Assembly: GCA_005885035.1 (NCBI GenBank)
Contig: VAXZ01000111.1
Location: forward strand, 1,603-65,602
Reading direction: 5' to 3'
DNA length: 64,000 nt
Source: Actinomycetota bacterium
GTDB lineage: Bacteria; Actinomycetota; UBA4738; HRBIN12
Shown: positions 50,407 to 61,504 of the stretch, piece after piece
Position numbering within the stretch: position 1 is the first letter of the stretch
Layout: each line of letters starts with the position of its first letter
Position numbers and translations under genes: made by a program
The notes under the pieces: model-generated
What the model was told of the DNA's origin: nothing
Databases searched by the model: none
The model's input: the letters and a program-made list of their open reading frames with translations, nothing else

Positions 50407-50811
50407 TCACCTCCGGGCGAGGTCCCAGGCCTGCCCGAGCATGATCCAAGCGGTCGGGATCAAGGTCAGGATGAAGACGGCCGTGAACGCGATCGAGATC
50501 GGTCTGATCCGCGACACCAAGCGTGGGAAGAAGTCGATCAACGTGATCTTGAGGCCGTTCAATGCGTGATAGAGCACCGCGACGACCAGCCCCAACTCCA
50601 AGAGACGGACGATCGGGTTGTCGTAGGCAGCCGTGATCCGGTCGTACGCCTCCGGGCCCCAGCCGACCGCGGCCGTGTCCACGACGTGTGCGAACAGGAA
50701 CAGGATGACGGCGACGCCGGTGATGCGGTGAAGGATCCACGACCACTGGCCCTCGTGGCCCCGGTAGATCGAGCCGTAGTCGCTCTTGGACTTCCTCGAT
50801 CGGATCGCCAC
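50407..50811 (-). CDS. sdhC: Succinate dehydrogenase cytochrome b subunit
   Basis: 134 aa, 3 TM helices, heme-ligand His in HRITGV. Confidence 0.8.
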   Translation of the reverse strand: MAIRSRKSKSDYGSIYRGHEGQWSWILHRITGVAVILFLFAHVVDTAAVGWGPEAYDRITAAYDNPIVRLLELGLVVAVLYHALNGLKITLIDFFPRLVSRIRPISIAFTAVFILTLIPTAWIMLGQAWDLARR

Positions 50812-50937
50812 GCCGTGGTCGCTCCTCGTTCGCCCCAGGGACGTTCCCTTCCAGGCTATCGCGTCACCGACGACGGTCGTTGGCCGGGCGGTCCAGCGAG
50901 CCCGGCGGAGTCTACTCCGAACCGTCCCCTGGAAGGC

Positions 50938-51570
50938 TCATGCGACCCGGACGGCTGCGAGAACCCCTTCGCGCGTGGGCACGATCGTCGAGACGAATCG
51001 CTCGTCCTGGGCGATCAGGTGGTTGTGCTCTCGGATCGCTTCCGGGCCGTCTCCGTCATCGAACACCGTCCCGCCTCCATACCCGAGCGTGTTGTCACAG
51101 AGATAGAGCCCGCCGACCCGGATCCGCTCCGATGCCGCTCGCCAGGCGTCCGGGTAGCCCGTCTTGTCGATGTCGCAGAAAACGACATCGAAGGGGCCGT
51201 CGAGCAGCGATAGCTGCTCGACGGCGTCGCCCACGTGATACGTCACGCGTTCGCCGAGGCCGGCGCGAGCGAGGAAGCTCGCGCCGGCCTCGGTGTTCGC
51301 CGCATCACCGTCGGTGCAGTGCACCTCGCCTCCGGGGCCCACCGCTCGCGCGAACCAGTAGGCCGAGTACCCGAACCCGGAGCCGAGCTCCATCACCCGG
51401 CGCGCTCCGATCGACCGCGCCAACACCTCCAGCGTGACGCCGACGTTCCGCCCCACGATCGGGAAGCCTCGCCGGGTGGCCTCGGCCTCCATCTCCAACA
51501 GCACCGGCTCGTCGAAGCGCTTGAGCCGCTCGGCCATGTACGCCTCGATCCGGGGATCCACGATGTCCAT
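50938..51570 (-). CDS. Class I SAM-dependent O-methyltransferase (catechol/caffeoyl-CoA OMT family)
   Basis: ATG at 51570 (aa 204 of the ORF). VMELGSGFGYSAYW, VFCDIDK. Confidence 0.8.
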   Translation of the reverse strand: MDIVDPRIEAYMAERLKRFDEPVLLEMEAEATRRGFPIVGRNVGVTLEVLARSIGARRVMELGSGFGYSAYWFARAVGPGGEVHCTDGDAANTEAGASFLARAGLGERVTYHVGDAVEQLSLLDGPFDVVFCDIDKTGYPDAWRAASERIRVGGLYLCDNTLGYGGGTVFDDGDGPEAIREHNHLIAQDERFVSTIVPTREGVLAAVRVA

Positions 51571-51615
51571 GACCTCCACGCTACCCGACCCGGCGGGTGG
51601 GATAGGCTCCGGCGG

Positions 51616-52140
51616 ATGTCGGAGACGAGCGGATCGGGCCGTCGCAGTCGGATCGTCGAGCTGCTGCGCGAGGGTCATCGACCGATCACCGGCTCGGAGC
51701 TGTCGTTGTCGCTCGGCGTGTCCCGGCAGGCGATCGTGAACGACATGGCGATCCTCCGTGCGGCGGGTGAGCCGATCGACGGCAGCCCGCAGGGCTACCA
51801 CTGGGACGGGGATCCGACGAGCGGCGTCTTCGCGATCCTGACCTGTGTCCATGACCGGGAGGGATCGCGGAGGGAGCTCGAGACGCTCGTCGCGCACGGC
51901 GTCGCCGTGCACGACGTCGTGATCGATCATGCGCTCTACGGCGAGGTCCGGGCGGACCTCATGATCTCCTCGCACCGCGACGTCGATCGGTACATGGAGG
52001 TGCTCCACGGATCCGACACGCAGCTGCTGTCGTCGCTGACCGGTGGAGTCCACCGGCACCGCGTTCGCGCCCCCGACGACGTCGCCCTCGCATCCGCGCG
52101 GGGGGATCTCGAGCTGCTCGGGTTCCTCCGCGAGGGGTGA
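51616..52140 (+). CDS. HTH plus 3H-domain transcriptional regulator (NiaR/YrxA-like)
   Basis: ATG at 51616 (aa 128). N-terminal HTH ([17 protein letters not shown]); C-terminal 3H domain with conserved His residues. Confidence 0.65.
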   Translation: MSETSGSGRRSRIVELLREGHRPITGSELSLSLGVSRQAIVNDMAILRAAGEPIDGSPQGYHWDGDPTSGVFAILTCVHDREGSRRELETLVAHGVAVHDVVIDHALYGEVRADLMISSHRDVDRYMEVLHGSDTQLLSSLTGGVHRHRVRAPDDVALASARGDLELLGFLREG

Positions 52141-52144
52141 TGCG

Positions 52145-53725
52145 GTGAGCGACGAGCGCCGCGTCACGGACTCGGGCATCGAGCTCCGGGCCCTCTACGA
52201 GCCGAGAGACCTCGACGGATGGGACCCCGGCGACCGCCTCGGCGACCCCGGGGCGTTCCCGTTCACGCGCGGCCCGTACCCCTCGATGTACCGCGGCCGT
52301 CTGTGGACGATGCGCCAGTACGCAGGCTTGGGCGCCGCCGAGGACACCAACCGCCGGTTCCGCTACCTGCTGGAACACGGTCAGACGGGCCTGTCGGTCG
52401 CGTTCGATCTGCCGACCCAGATGGGTCTGGACTCGGACCATCCTCGAGCGGAAGGTGAGGTAGGCAGGACCGGGGTCGCGATCGATTCGGTCGAGGACAT
52501 GGAGCGACTCTTCGCCGGGATCCCCCTCGGCGAGGTGTCGACGTCGATGACGATCAACGCCACCGCGCCGATCCTGCTGCTGCTCTACGAGCTCGTCGCC
52601 GAGGGACAGGGCGTCGCCGCCGCGAACCTCGCCGGGACCGTCCAGAACGACCTCCTGAAGGAGTACGCGGCACGCGGCACATACATCTATCCGCCGGAAC
52701 CCTCGATGCGGCTGATCACCGACCTGTTCTCCTACTGCAACGACCGGATCCCCCGCTGGAACACGATCTCGATCAGCGGGTATCACATGCGCGAGGCCGG
52801 GGCGACGGCCGCGCAGGAGATCGCGTTCACGCTCGCGGACGGGATCGCGTACGTGCAGGCGGCACTCGACGCCGGCCTGAGCGTCGACGACTTCGCTCCG
52901 CGCCTGTCGTTCTTCTTCGCCTGCCACATGAACTTCTTCGAGGAGGTCGCGAAGTTCCGTGCCGCGCGGCGTTTGTGGGCCCTGATCATGCGGGACCGGT
53001 TCGGAGCGAAGGATGAGCGTTCGATGACGCTCCGGTTCCACACGCAGACCGGTGGGGCCACGCTCACGGCGCAACAGCCGGAGAACAACATCGTGCGGAC
53101 CGCGCTCGAGGCCCTGTCGGCGGTGCTCGGCGGCACCCAATCGCTCCATACGAACGCCTTCGACGAGGCGTTGGCGCTCCCGACGGAGCGCTCCGCCGCG
53201 ATCGCCCTCCGGACCCAGCAGGTGATCGGCTACGAGACCGGGATCTCGGAGGTGGCGGACCCACTGGGCGGCTCCTACTTCGTCGAATCGCTCACCGACG
53301 ACCTCGAGCGAGCCGCACGGGAGTACCTCGAGAAGGTCGACGCGATGGGTGGGGCGGTGGCGGCGATCGAGGCGGGCTTCTATCAGGACGAGATCCACGA
53401 GGCGGCGTTCCGCATGCAGCGATCGATCGAGCGAGGGGAGCGTGTCGTGGTCGGACTCAACCGGTTCCAGGTCGGCGAGACGACCTCGCTCGAGCTGCAG
53501 GGGATCGGAGAAGATGAGGTCGCCCGTCAGATCGAACGGCTGCGGGCGCTCCGGGCTTCTCGCGACGACGCGGCCGTCCAGGCGGGGCTCGCGGACGTAG
53601 CACGGGCGGCGCGCACCCCCGAGAACCTCCTCCCGCCGATGAAGGAAGCGCTCCGCGCACGGGCGACGCTCGGCGAGGTCTCGGACACGCTGCGGGACGT
53701 GTTCGGCGAGTACCGGCCGCGCTAG
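52145..53725 (+). CDS. Methylmalonyl-CoA mutase large (catalytic TIM-barrel) subunit
   Basis: GTG at 52145; [53 protein letters not shown]. Confidence 0.9.
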   Translation: MSDERRVTDSGIELRALYEPRDLDGWDPGDRLGDPGAFPFTRGPYPSMYRGRLWTMRQYAGLGAAEDTNRRFRYLLEHGQTGLSVAFDLPTQMGLDSDHPRAEGEVGRTGVAIDSVEDMERLFAGIPLGEVSTSMTINATAPILLLLYELVAEGQGVAAANLAGTVQNDLLKEYAARGTYIYPPEPSMRLITDLFSYCNDRIPRWNTISISGYHMREAGATAAQEIAFTLADGIAYVQAALDAGLSVDDFAPRLSFFFACHMNFFEEVAKFRAARRLWALIMRDRFGAKDERSMTLRFHTQTGGATLTAQQPENNIVRTALEALSAVLGGTQSLHTNAFDEALALPTERSAAIALRTQQVIGYETGISEVADPLGGSYFVESLTDDLERAAREYLEKVDAMGGAVAAIEAGFYQDEIHEAAFRMQRSIERGERVVVGLNRFQVGETTSLELQGIGEDEVARQIERLRALRASRDDAAVQAGLADVARAARTPENLLPPMKEALRARATLGEVSDTLRDVFGEYRPR

Positions 53726-53748
53726 CGCCTCGCGCGTTGGGTCGTCGG

Positions 53749-53901
53749 TCAGAACAGGTCCGCCGTGGCGTGGATCATCGCCGCGAGGCCGGCGACGCCG
53801 AGCGCGACCGCGACGAACCGGTTCCTCGGCCACATCAGAGCCCCGAGGCCGAGGCAGGCGAGCCCCACGAGGAGCTCGGTGACGCTCGTCACGTTGGCCA
53901 C
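53749..53901 (-). CDS. Possible 50-aa hydrophobic small protein
   Basis: VANVTSVTELLVGLACLGLGALMWPRNRFVAVALGVAGLAAMIHATADLF; two TM helices; GTG start. Coordinates are approximate. Confidence 0.25.
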   Translation of the reverse strand: MANVTSVTELLVGLACLGLGALMWPRNRFVAVALGVAGLAAMIHATADLF

Positions 53902-53935
53902 GGCGCGGCAAGGCTAGCCGCTACGCTGTGCCGCC

Positions 53936-54625
53936 ATGGACGTCGCGATCGTGGGCGGAACCGGCGCCGAGGGGTTCGGGCTCGCGCAGCGACTCGCGAA
54001 GGCGGGCCACCACGTGACGATCGGCTCGCGGCTCGCGGAGAAGGCGGCCGCGAGCGTCGAGGAAGCGAAGTCCTCGCTGGGTCCCGACGCGTCCGTCGAC
54101 GGAGACGTGAACGCGGCGTCGGTGGTGGGGAAGGCCGTCGTCTTCGTCACGGTCCCGTTCGCCGGCCAGGCGATGGTCTACGAAGCGTTCAAGGATGCCC
54201 TCGCTCCCGGAACGGTCGTCTGCGACTGCACGAGCCCCCTCATGACGGCCGTCGGCGGCCGAGCCAGCCACGCCCTGCGGCCGTGGCACGGCTCGGCCGC
54301 CGAGTTCGCGAAGTCCCTGCTGCCGAAGGGCACTCGGTTGGTCGCGGCCTTCCACACGGTCGCGGCCGACGTCCTTCGGGATCTGGACGCGGAGGTCGAC
54401 TCCGACGCCCTCGTTATGGGTGATGATGCCGACGCCAAGGCGGTCGTGGGGGCGCTGATCGCCGACATCCCCGGCATGCGGTGGGTGGATTGCGGCGGCC
54501 TACAGATGGCCAGGATCGCCGAGGGCCTCACCCCGCTGCTGATCTCGATCAATGCGCGCTACAAGGTGCGCGAGTCCGGGTTCCGGGTCACCGGCCGGGA
54601 CGTCTGGGGCGATCCGCGGGGATGA
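53936..54625 (+). CDS. NADPH-dependent F420 reductase (Npd) family protein
   Basis: MDVAIVGGTGAEGFGLAQRLAKAGHHVTIGSR Rossmann fold. 229 aa. Confidence 0.8.
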   Translation: MDVAIVGGTGAEGFGLAQRLAKAGHHVTIGSRLAEKAAASVEEAKSSLGPDASVDGDVNAASVVGKAVVFVTVPFAGQAMVYEAFKDALAPGTVVCDCTSPLMTAVGGRASHALRPWHGSAAEFAKSLLPKGTRLVAAFHTVAADVLRDLDAEVDSDALVMGDDADAKAVVGALIADIPGMRWVDCGGLQMARIAEGLTPLLISINARYKVRESGFRVTGRDVWGDPRG

Positions 54626-54626
54626 G

Positions 54627-55493
54627 ATGAGCGGTCCCGGGACCTCGGTCCGGATCGATGATTGTTCGCTGTGGGTGGTCGAGCGAGGGCCCGAAGACGG
54701 GTTCCCGTTGATCGCTCTGCACGGCGGGCCCGGGCTCGACCATCACGAGTTCGGCGACTACCTGGATCCCGTCTGCAACGACGGGGTCCGCCTGCTGCTC
54801 GTCGACCAGCGGGCTCAGGGAAGATCGGAGCCCACTCCGCCCGGCACCTGGACGCTCGAACGGATGGCGCAGGACGTGATCATGCTCGCGTTGGCGCTGA
54901 AGCTCCGGCGTTACGCGGTGCTCGGCCATTCCTACGGAGCGTTCGTGGCGTTGCAGAACGCGGTCGACTATCCGGGTCAGGCCGTCGCGACGGTCGTGGG
55001 CGGCGGCGTGGCATCCGTCCGCGATCTGGAGGGAGTCGCTGATGCGCTCGAGTCGTTCGAGCCGGCCGAGCTGCGCGAGCAGGTCGCGTCGTCCTGGGAG
55101 CGGGCACCGAGCGTTACGACGCCCGAGGAGGTCGCTTCGCTGCACCATGACCAGCTGCCGTTCCACTTCCGAGACCCGAACGATCCGCGGATCGCCGAGT
55201 ACGAACGCCGATCGGCCGGCGGCGCGTACGCGCCCGAGGTCCTCCGCCGCTTCGCGACCGCCGGGAACGGGGGCATCGATCTCGAGGACCGGCTCCCCGA
55301 GGTCACCCAACCGGTGCTGGTCCTGGCGGGCCGCCACGACCGCACCTGTCCGGCCGAAACGTCGGAACGGATGGCTGGCCTGCTTCCCCGGGGCGAACTT
55401 CACGTGTTCGAGGAGAGCGCCCACATGACGTTCGTCGAGGAGCCGGACCGGTACCTGGAGGTACTTCGTGGGTTCCTCGCCCGATCACGGTGA
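54627..55493 (+). CDS. Alpha/beta hydrolase (proline iminopeptidase-like)
   Basis: ATG at 54627 (aa 26). HGGPG oxyanion loop, GHSYGA nucleophile elbow. Confidence 0.8.
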   Translation: MSGPGTSVRIDDCSLWVVERGPEDGFPLIALHGGPGLDHHEFGDYLDPVCNDGVRLLLVDQRAQGRSEPTPPGTWTLERMAQDVIMLALALKLRRYAVLGHSYGAFVALQNAVDYPGQAVATVVGGGVASVRDLEGVADALESFEPAELREQVASSWERAPSVTTPEEVASLHHDQLPFHFRDPNDPRIAEYERRSAGGAYAPEVLRRFATAGNGGIDLEDRLPEVTQPVLVLAGRHDRTCPAETSERMAGLLPRGELHVFEESAHMTFVEEPDRYLEVLRGFLARSR

Positions 55494-56243
55494 CAGGCCC
55501 TCCGCCCGGCGCCAGTGGTCCTCCAGCAGCCGCGCGTACCGCTCGGGCTCGGCCCGGTGCGGTGGATCGAAGTGGTGCCGTCCGTCGAACACGTCGAGGC
55601 GGAAGTCCGGGAACGACGTTGCGAGACGCTCGGCCATGCGCCGGTAGTAGTCCGGGTTGCTGAGCCCACCGAGCACGAAGAGGACGGGGCGGTCGAACGC
55701 CCGCATGTCGGCGCTCGAGAACGCGAACCGTTCGAACGCCGCCGCGATCGCGCGCGTCCCGTCGGGACGACTCGCCATCCACGACGGAGGCGGACCGGGT
55801 GGAGGTTCCGGGGGTTCGACGCCGTCCGCGAGCTGCGCGCGCATGAACGCCGGCAACATCTGCTCGGGCGGCAGCGCGGTCGCGTCGATCGCCCGATCCG
55901 CCGCCGCTGCCTCCTCGGGGGTCCGGCCCTCGATCCCCGCCCACGCCGGCTCGGCCAGGGTCAGGCTCCGCAACCGATCGGGTCGCGTCAGCGCATAGGC
56001 CAGGGACGATGCCCCACCGCCCGAGTACCCGACCAGGTGGAACCGTGCGAACCCGGCCTCGTCCGCGACCCGATCGATCCCGGCGACCTCGGTGTCCAGC
56101 CCGTAGGCGGGAGGGACCTCGCTTGTCCCATACACCTCCAGCTCTTTCGCCCGGGCGCTGACGTCCCGGTCGAACGCTCCCATCAAGGCCGCGTACGCGA
56201 TGTGGGCGGGCAAGATCGCCCCCGGAAGCAGGATCGCGTCCAT
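55485..56243 (-). CDS. Alpha/beta hydrolase
   Basis: GYSGGG nucleophile motif, 252 aa. Confidence 0.8.
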   Translation of the reverse strand: MDAILLPGAILPAHIAYAALMGAFDRDVSARAKELEVYGTSEVPPAYGLDTEVAGIDRVADEAGFARFHLVGYSGGGASSLAYALTRPDRLRSLTLAEPAWAGIEGRTPEEAAAADRAIDATALPPEQMLPAFMRAQLADGVEPPEPPPGPPPSWMASRPDGTRAIAAAFERFAFSSADMRAFDRPVLFVLGGLSNPDYYRRMAERLATSFPDFRLDVFDGRHHFDPPHRAEPERYARLLEDHWRRAEGLSP

Positions 56244-56280
56244 CGCAAGAGAGTCTCGCAGTCGATGTGAACGGAGCGCG

Positions 56281-56761
56281 ATGGTCGTGATGGCCGTCCC
56301 GAGGAACGAGGCGCTCGTTCGCCGCTTCTACGAGGAGGTCTGGAACGGGGGGAACGTTGCGGTCGCCGAAGAGATCTTCGCGCCGGACTACCTCCGGCAC
56401 GACCTGGCGCCCAACCCGCGCCGCCCCGGGTGGTGCGGGCATGGCCGCGATCGCGACCGCCTTCCGCGCCGCGTTCCCGGACCTCAGGATGGACGTCGAT
56501 CTGATCCTTTCGGACGGCGACCTCGTCGCGGCACGCTGGACCAGCACGGGCACGTTCAGCGGGCCGTGGGGCGACGTGGCTCCCACCGGCGCTCGCGCGA
56601 CCTTCAGCGGCGTGAACATCTTCCGGATCCGCGACGGGCGCGTCGTCGAGCTCTGGAACCACCGCGACGATCTCGGGCTCATGGAACAGGTCGGTGCGCG
56701 GGTGTTCGCCGGAAGCCAACGCGATCCCATGGGCGAGCGCGCCGACCGCGCCGAACGCTAA
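56281..56761 (+). CDS. SnoaL-like / NTF2-like ester cyclase family protein, frameshifted near 56425..56440
   Basis: N-terminus [28 protein letters not shown] in the frame of ORF 56200. C-terminus [40 protein letters not shown] in the frame of ORF 56357. Confidence 0.6.
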
Positions 56762-58500
56762 TCGATCACGGCGAGCAGGGCGTCGAGCTCCACGACCTGT
56801 CCGACCCGGATCGGGAGGTCGGTGATCTCGCCCTCCCGCGTCGAGGCGATGTGGTTCTCCATCTTCATCGCTTCGAGGATGCAGACGACGTCGCCGGCCT
56901 GGATCGGTTGGCCCTTCTCGACGAGGACCTTCACGATCGTCCCCTGCATCGGCGCGCGGATCTCGCCGTGCACGTGTTCGCCGTGATGCGTCGCGTGCGA
57001 CGACGGGGCCTTGGGTGCCGCGACGCGGCGCTCGTCGAAGATGCGGATCGGTACCCGCCGCCCGTCGACCTCCACGAGGATGTCGCGTGCCCGCGTCGAC
57101 CGTGGCTGCGCGACGGCAGGCTCCAGGTCGGCTTGCGCCGGCAGGTGCGCGTCGACCAGGGCGCGTTCGAGCCACGTGGTCGTATGGGTCGACGTTCTGA
57201 ACGCCTTCGACTCCAGGATCCATCGGTGAACAGGGATCGTGGTCGGCACCCCTTCCACGACGAACTCGTCGAGCGCGCGAAGCATGCGGCGTCGGGCCTG
57301 CTCGCGATCGATCCCGCTCACGATGAGCTTCGCGAACAAGGAGTCGTAGTCCCCCGGGATATCGCGCCGGGCGCCGACCCCGCTGTCCACACGAACGAAC
57401 GGTCCGCTGGGCTCCTCGTATCGGCTGATCCGCCCCGGTCCCGGGAGGAAGTTCCGCCCCGGGTCCTCGGCATTGATCCGGCATTCGATCGCGTGGCCGT
57501 TCGCGCTGACCTCCAGACCCGCGAGGGAGCCACCCAACGCGACCTGGATCTGCAGGGCGACCACGTCGAGCCCCGTCACCATCTCGGTGACGGGGTGCTC
57601 GACCTGGATCCGGGTGTTCATCTCGAGGAAGTAGAAGGAGCCGTCTTCGTCGAGGATGCATTCCACCGTTCCGGCGTTGAGGTAGCTGGCTTCCTTCGTG
57701 AGGGAGATCGCCGCCTCGGCGAACCGCTCGCGAAGCCCTTCGTCGAACTGCGGCGACGGCGTCTCCTCGATCAGCTTCTGGTGGCGTCGCTGGACGGAGC
57801 AGTCGCGCTCGCCCAAGAACACGACCTTGCCCTTCGCATCGGCGATGATCTGCGCCTCGACGTGTCGGGCGTGATCGACGTACCGCTCGAGGAACACTTC
57901 GGAGCGGCCGAAGTACGACTTCGCCTCGCGGGCCGCCCGCTTGAGTGACTCCTCCAATCGATCCGCGTCCCGAACGACATGCATGCCCTTGCCCCCACCC
58001 CCGAACGCCGCCTTGACGAGCAGCGGGAACCCGATGCGAGGCGCCTCCTTCCTCGCGATGGCGACATCGACCGGCTCCCGTGTCCCCGGGATGATGGGGA
58101 CACCCGCCGCGTCGGCGATCCGTCTCGCCGCGGCCTTGTCTCCCAGGCGCTCGATCGCCGCGGCTGGGGGACCCACGAACGTGAACCCTGCCTCTTCCAC
58201 GGCCGTGGCGAAGTGGGCCCGTTCGGCGAGGAAGCCGTAGCCGGGGTGGATCAGCGTCGAGCGCGACTTCTGGGCGGCCTCGAGGATGGCCCCGATCGAG
58301 AGGTAGGAGTCGGTGGCAAGCGCTGGACCGATCCGGTACGACTGATCGGCCATCTCCACGTGCAGCGCGTCGCGGTCGGCATCGGAATACACCGCGACGG
58401 TCGGGATCCCCATCTCGCGACACGTCCGCATGATGCGAACCGCGATCTCGCCACGGTTCGCGACCAGCAGCTTGGGTCGTTTCGTCGGGGTCTTCGTCAC
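56758..58500 (-). CDS. accA: Acetyl/propionyl-CoA carboxylase alpha subunit (biotin carboxylase plus BCCP)
   Basis: [14 protein letters not shown]; ATP-grasp; C-terminal biotinyl EAMKMEN. Confidence 0.95.
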   Translation of the reverse strand: MTKTPTKRPKLLVANRGEIAVRIMRTCREMGIPTVAVYSDADRDALHVEMADQSYRIGPALATDSYLSIGAILEAAQKSRSTLIHPGYGFLAERAHFATAVEEAGFTFVGPPAAAIERLGDKAAARRIADAAGVPIIPGTREPVDVAIARKEAPRIGFPLLVKAAFGGGGKGMHVVRDADRLEESLKRAAREAKSYFGRSEVFLERYVDHARHVEAQIIADAKGKVVFLGERDCSVQRRHQKLIEETPSPQFDEGLRERFAEAAISLTKEASYLNAGTVECILDEDGSFYFLEMNTRIQVEHPVTEMVTGLDVVALQIQVALGGSLAGLEVSANGHAIECRINAEDPGRNFLPGPGRISRYEEPSGPFVRVDSGVGARRDIPGDYDSLFAKLIVSGIDREQARRRMLRALDEFVVEGVPTTIPVHRWILESKAFRTSTHTTTWLERALVDAHLPAQADLEPAVAQPRSTRARDILVEVDGRRVPIRIFDERRVAAPKAPSSHATHHGEHVHGEIRAPMQGTIVKVLVEKGQPIQAGDVVCILEAMKMENHIASTREGEITDLPIRVGQVVELDALLAVID

Positions 58501-58556
58501 TCGCGTATCGTTCTCCCCTGCGGCCTCATCCGAACCCCTCTCGCGAGGAGCGCGAC

Positions 58557-59318
58557 GTGCTGACCCGTGATGACCTGCTGGAGGTCCTCGCCGCGATCAC
58601 CGTCACGGCTCCGGTTCGGTCGGACGAGGTTACTCCCTCGACGAACGCTACCGCGGTGGCGTTGGCGGAAGCGGGCGAGCCCGAGTGGACGCTTGTGGCG
58701 ACCGCGCACCAGACCGAGGGGAAGGGCCGGCTCGGTCGTTCCTGGTCCGATGTCGCTGACGGCAGCCTGTTGTTCTCGTTCGTGCTCCGTCCCCACCTCA
58801 CCTCCGCGCGGACCGGATTGCTGTCCCTGCTGGCCGGCGCAGAGATGGCCAACGCGATCCGCGCCACCACCGGCCGCCGCGCGACCTGCAAATGGCCGAA
58901 CGACCTGATCCTCCATGACACCAAGGTCGGCGGTGTCCTGCTCGAGTCGAGCGTCGTCGACTCGGCCGTGCGATACGTCGTCGTCGGGATCGGCGTGAAC
59001 CTCGAGCCGCCGCACGACGTCCCGGGTGCGGGAGGGATCGGCACCGCCGTCGGGCAGCGAGACCTCCTGCGTGCGTTCTTCACCCGGTTCGCCGCCGCGT
59101 ACGGCGCTGCGGACGTCGCGTTCCCGCAACGGGTCCGAAGCGCGTGGCTCTCGATGTCCTCGACGGTGGGCCAGGTCGTCCGAGCGACGACCGTCGACGG
59201 AAGCGAGGTGACCGGTCGCGCCGTCGGGATCGACGACTTCGGCAGCCTGCTCCTATCGACCGACGCGGGCGAGGCTCGGGTCACGTACGGCGAGGTCGAG
59301 CATCTCGGGATCGGCTGA
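58557..59318 (+). CDS. birA: Biotin--[acetyl-CoA-carboxylase] ligase (no DNA-binding domain)
   Basis: GTG start; TEGKGRLGRSW, KWPNDL. Confidence 0.9.
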   Translation: MLTRDDLLEVLAAITVTAPVRSDEVTPSTNATAVALAEAGEPEWTLVATAHQTEGKGRLGRSWSDVADGSLLFSFVLRPHLTSARTGLLSLLAGAEMANAIRATTGRRATCKWPNDLILHDTKVGGVLLESSVVDSAVRYVVVGIGVNLEPPHDVPGAGGIGTAVGQRDLLRAFFTRFAAAYGAADVAFPQRVRSAWLSMSSTVGQVVRATTVDGSEVTGRAVGIDDFGSLLLSTDAGEARVTYGEVEHLGIG

Positions 59319-59363
59319 TCTCCCGCGGTTGCCGGGGCGTGATGCGGGGGGTACGGTCCCGCC

Positions 59364-59996
59364 ATGCCGTTCCCGAGACGTCTGCTGATCCCCGACGAAC
59401 AGCTCGTCCTCGATCTCCGCCCGCACCCGATCGCACTCGTGATGCCCGCCGTCCTCACGATCGTGGCGTTCGTGGCCGCCGCCTGGCTGAGCGCCAACAC
59501 CACCGTCGACTGGCTCTGGTGGGCGTTGTTCCTCCTCGTCGTCCTGCTCTACCCGGTGCCGAAGCTCATCGCGTGGCTCACCTCGAACTTCGCCGTGACG
59601 AGCGACCGGGTGATCCACCGTCAGGGGTTCATCGCCAAGCGATCCATGGAGATCCCGCTGGAGGCCATCAACGACGTTCGCTTCGAGCAGGGGATCCTTG
59701 ACCGGATCGTCGGCGCCGGGACCCTCGTCATCTCGTCGGCGTCGGAGTTCGGTCGCAACAGCTTCGACAACATCCGGAACCCGGAGGGGGTCCAGATGGT
59801 CATCTACGAACAGGGCGAGTCCAACAAGAAGCGGATGTACCAGGGCTCGGCGGGCGGGCAGGGCTCTCCGCCACCCCCCCCGACGGCACCGTCCACGACG
59901 ACCGAGCTCGAAAGGCTGGCGAAGCTGCGCGCCGAGGGCGTGCTGTCCGAGGAAGAGTTCCAAGCCCAGAAGGCCAAGATCCTGCGCGAGGGATAG
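59364..59996 (+). CDS. Bacterial PH-domain (YdbT/DUF304-like) membrane protein with a C-terminal SHOCT domain
   Basis: Two TM helices plus a PH-like domain; C-terminal ELERLAKLRAEGVLSEEEFQAQKAKIL is a SHOCT motif. Confidence 0.7.
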   Translation: MPFPRRLLIPDEQLVLDLRPHPIALVMPAVLTIVAFVAAAWLSANTTVDWLWWALFLLVVLLYPVPKLIAWLTSNFAVTSDRVIHRQGFIAKRSMEIPLEAINDVRFEQGILDRIVGAGTLVISSASEFGRNSFDNIRNPEGVQMVIYEQGESNKKRMYQGSAGGQGSPPPPPTAPSTTTELERLAKLRAEGVLSEEEFQAQKAKILREG

Positions 59997-60283
59997 CCCT
60001 TACGTCATCGTCGTCTTGGATCCGCAGGCCGCCGTCATCTGCCGCCGTCAACGGGTGGACGGGCTCCCTATCCGGCGCCGAGGTCGTCGGTGGCGAGGGG
60101 CGCCCTGAACCGTGCACGAGAGACCCTGGAGCGCAATGGGTGGCAGCAGGCCTTGCGCGAGCCCGATCTCTTCGGATCCGTCCGAGCCGGCGAAAGGGGT
60201 GGTTGAAACCTGTGATCCGGAGGGGCAGGCTCTCGGGACCGCTTCGGTCTCAGCGTTCCCCGGCCGATACGGTAAGGGTCCGC

Positions 60284-61498
60284 ATGTCGAGAGGTCAGGC
60301 AACCTTCCCCGTCGGGCTGCGAGTGGTCGCGGCCACCAGCGCGCTCCTGGCGCTGTCTTGGTACGCGCCCAACGCGAGCGCGAACCCGCCGACCAGCAAG
60401 CAGGACGTCCATCAGGCGGAGCGGGCCTACCAGGCCGCAGTGGCACGGGTCAGTGCCATCAGGGACCAGGTCGCCTCGATCCAAACGAGGCTCCAGACGG
60501 CGATCGCGGCGGTCGAGAAGCAGCAGCAGCTCCTGGAGCAGATCACCGCCGACCTGCTGGAGACACGCGCTCGGATCGCCGACGCGCAGGCCCGGTACGA
60601 CGCGATCCTGGCCCAGCTCAACAGCCGCGCCGTGCAAGCGTTCATGTCGGGACCCGCCTCGAACCTCGATTGGATCTTGGGGGCGACCTCGCTGGTGGAT
60701 CTGTCGGACCGGGTGGAGTTCGTGGATGCCGTCAGCCAGTCCGACGCCGACCTCGCTGCACAGGTTGACTACCTGCATCAGCAGCTCCTGTTCGACGAGG
60801 CGCGGTTGGAGGACCTCCAGACGCAGCGCAGGGTCAAGCTTGCCCAAGCGAAGGCCACCCAGGACCAGATCGCGAGGGACCTCCAGCAGCAAGAGAACCT
60901 GCAAGCGGAAGCCACCCAGATCGCGGAGCAGTACTTCCACAAGTACCGGTCGGTGAAGAAGAAGCGAGCCCAGGAGATCCAAGCGGCAGCGCAGGCTGCC
61001 GCGGCGAGCACCAGCCACCACGACCCGGTCCCGCTGCCGGCGGAGTACCGGCACATCCTCAAGATCTGCCCGGTCCAGAAACCCGTCTACTTCAGCGACG
61101 GCTTCGGGGCGCCTCGATACACCGGGCACTACCACCTCCACGCCGGGGTTGACCTCGTGACGGCGAAGGGGCAGGAGATCTATGCACCGTTCGACGGGGT
61201 GGCCCGTACGTCGTATAACGCCCTCGGCGGCAACGCCGTGTACGTGACGGGACAGGACGGCTACGTCTACAACGCCCATGTGGACCACTACTCAGCACTG
61301 TCCAACGGTCCGGTGAAGACGGGCGATGTGATCGGGTACGTCGGCGACACCGGTGACGCGATCGGCACCCCGCACGATCACTTCGAGTTCCACCCGTTCT
61401 TCCCGGTCCCCTCCGACTGGCCGGTCAGTTACTACGGCTATCGCGTGATCGGGACCGCGATCAACCCGTACCCGTTGCTCGTCGCGGCCTGCGGCTAG
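60284..61498 (+). CDS. Secreted coiled-coil M23 family peptidoglycan endopeptidase (RipA/EnvC-like architecture)
   Basis: ATG at 60284 (aa 49). Signal peptide, long coiled-coil, M23 motifs HYHLHAGVD and HDHFEFH. Confidence 0.85.
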   Translation: MSRGQATFPVGLRVVAATSALLALSWYAPNASANPPTSKQDVHQAERAYQAAVARVSAIRDQVASIQTRLQTAIAAVEKQQQLLEQITADLLETRARIADAQARYDAILAQLNSRAVQAFMSGPASNLDWILGATSLVDLSDRVEFVDAVSQSDADLAAQVDYLHQQLLFDEARLEDLQTQRRVKLAQAKATQDQIARDLQQQENLQAEATQIAEQYFHKYRSVKKKRAQEIQAAAQAAAASTSHHDPVPLPAEYRHILKICPVQKPVYFSDGFGAPRYTGHYHLHAGVDLVTAKGQEIYAPFDGVARTSYNALGGNAVYVTGQDGYVYNAHVDHYSALSNGPVKTGDVIGYVGDTGDAIGTPHDHFEFHPFFPVPSDWPVSYYGYRVIGTAINPYPLLVAACG

Positions 61499-61504
61499 GT
61501 TCGC

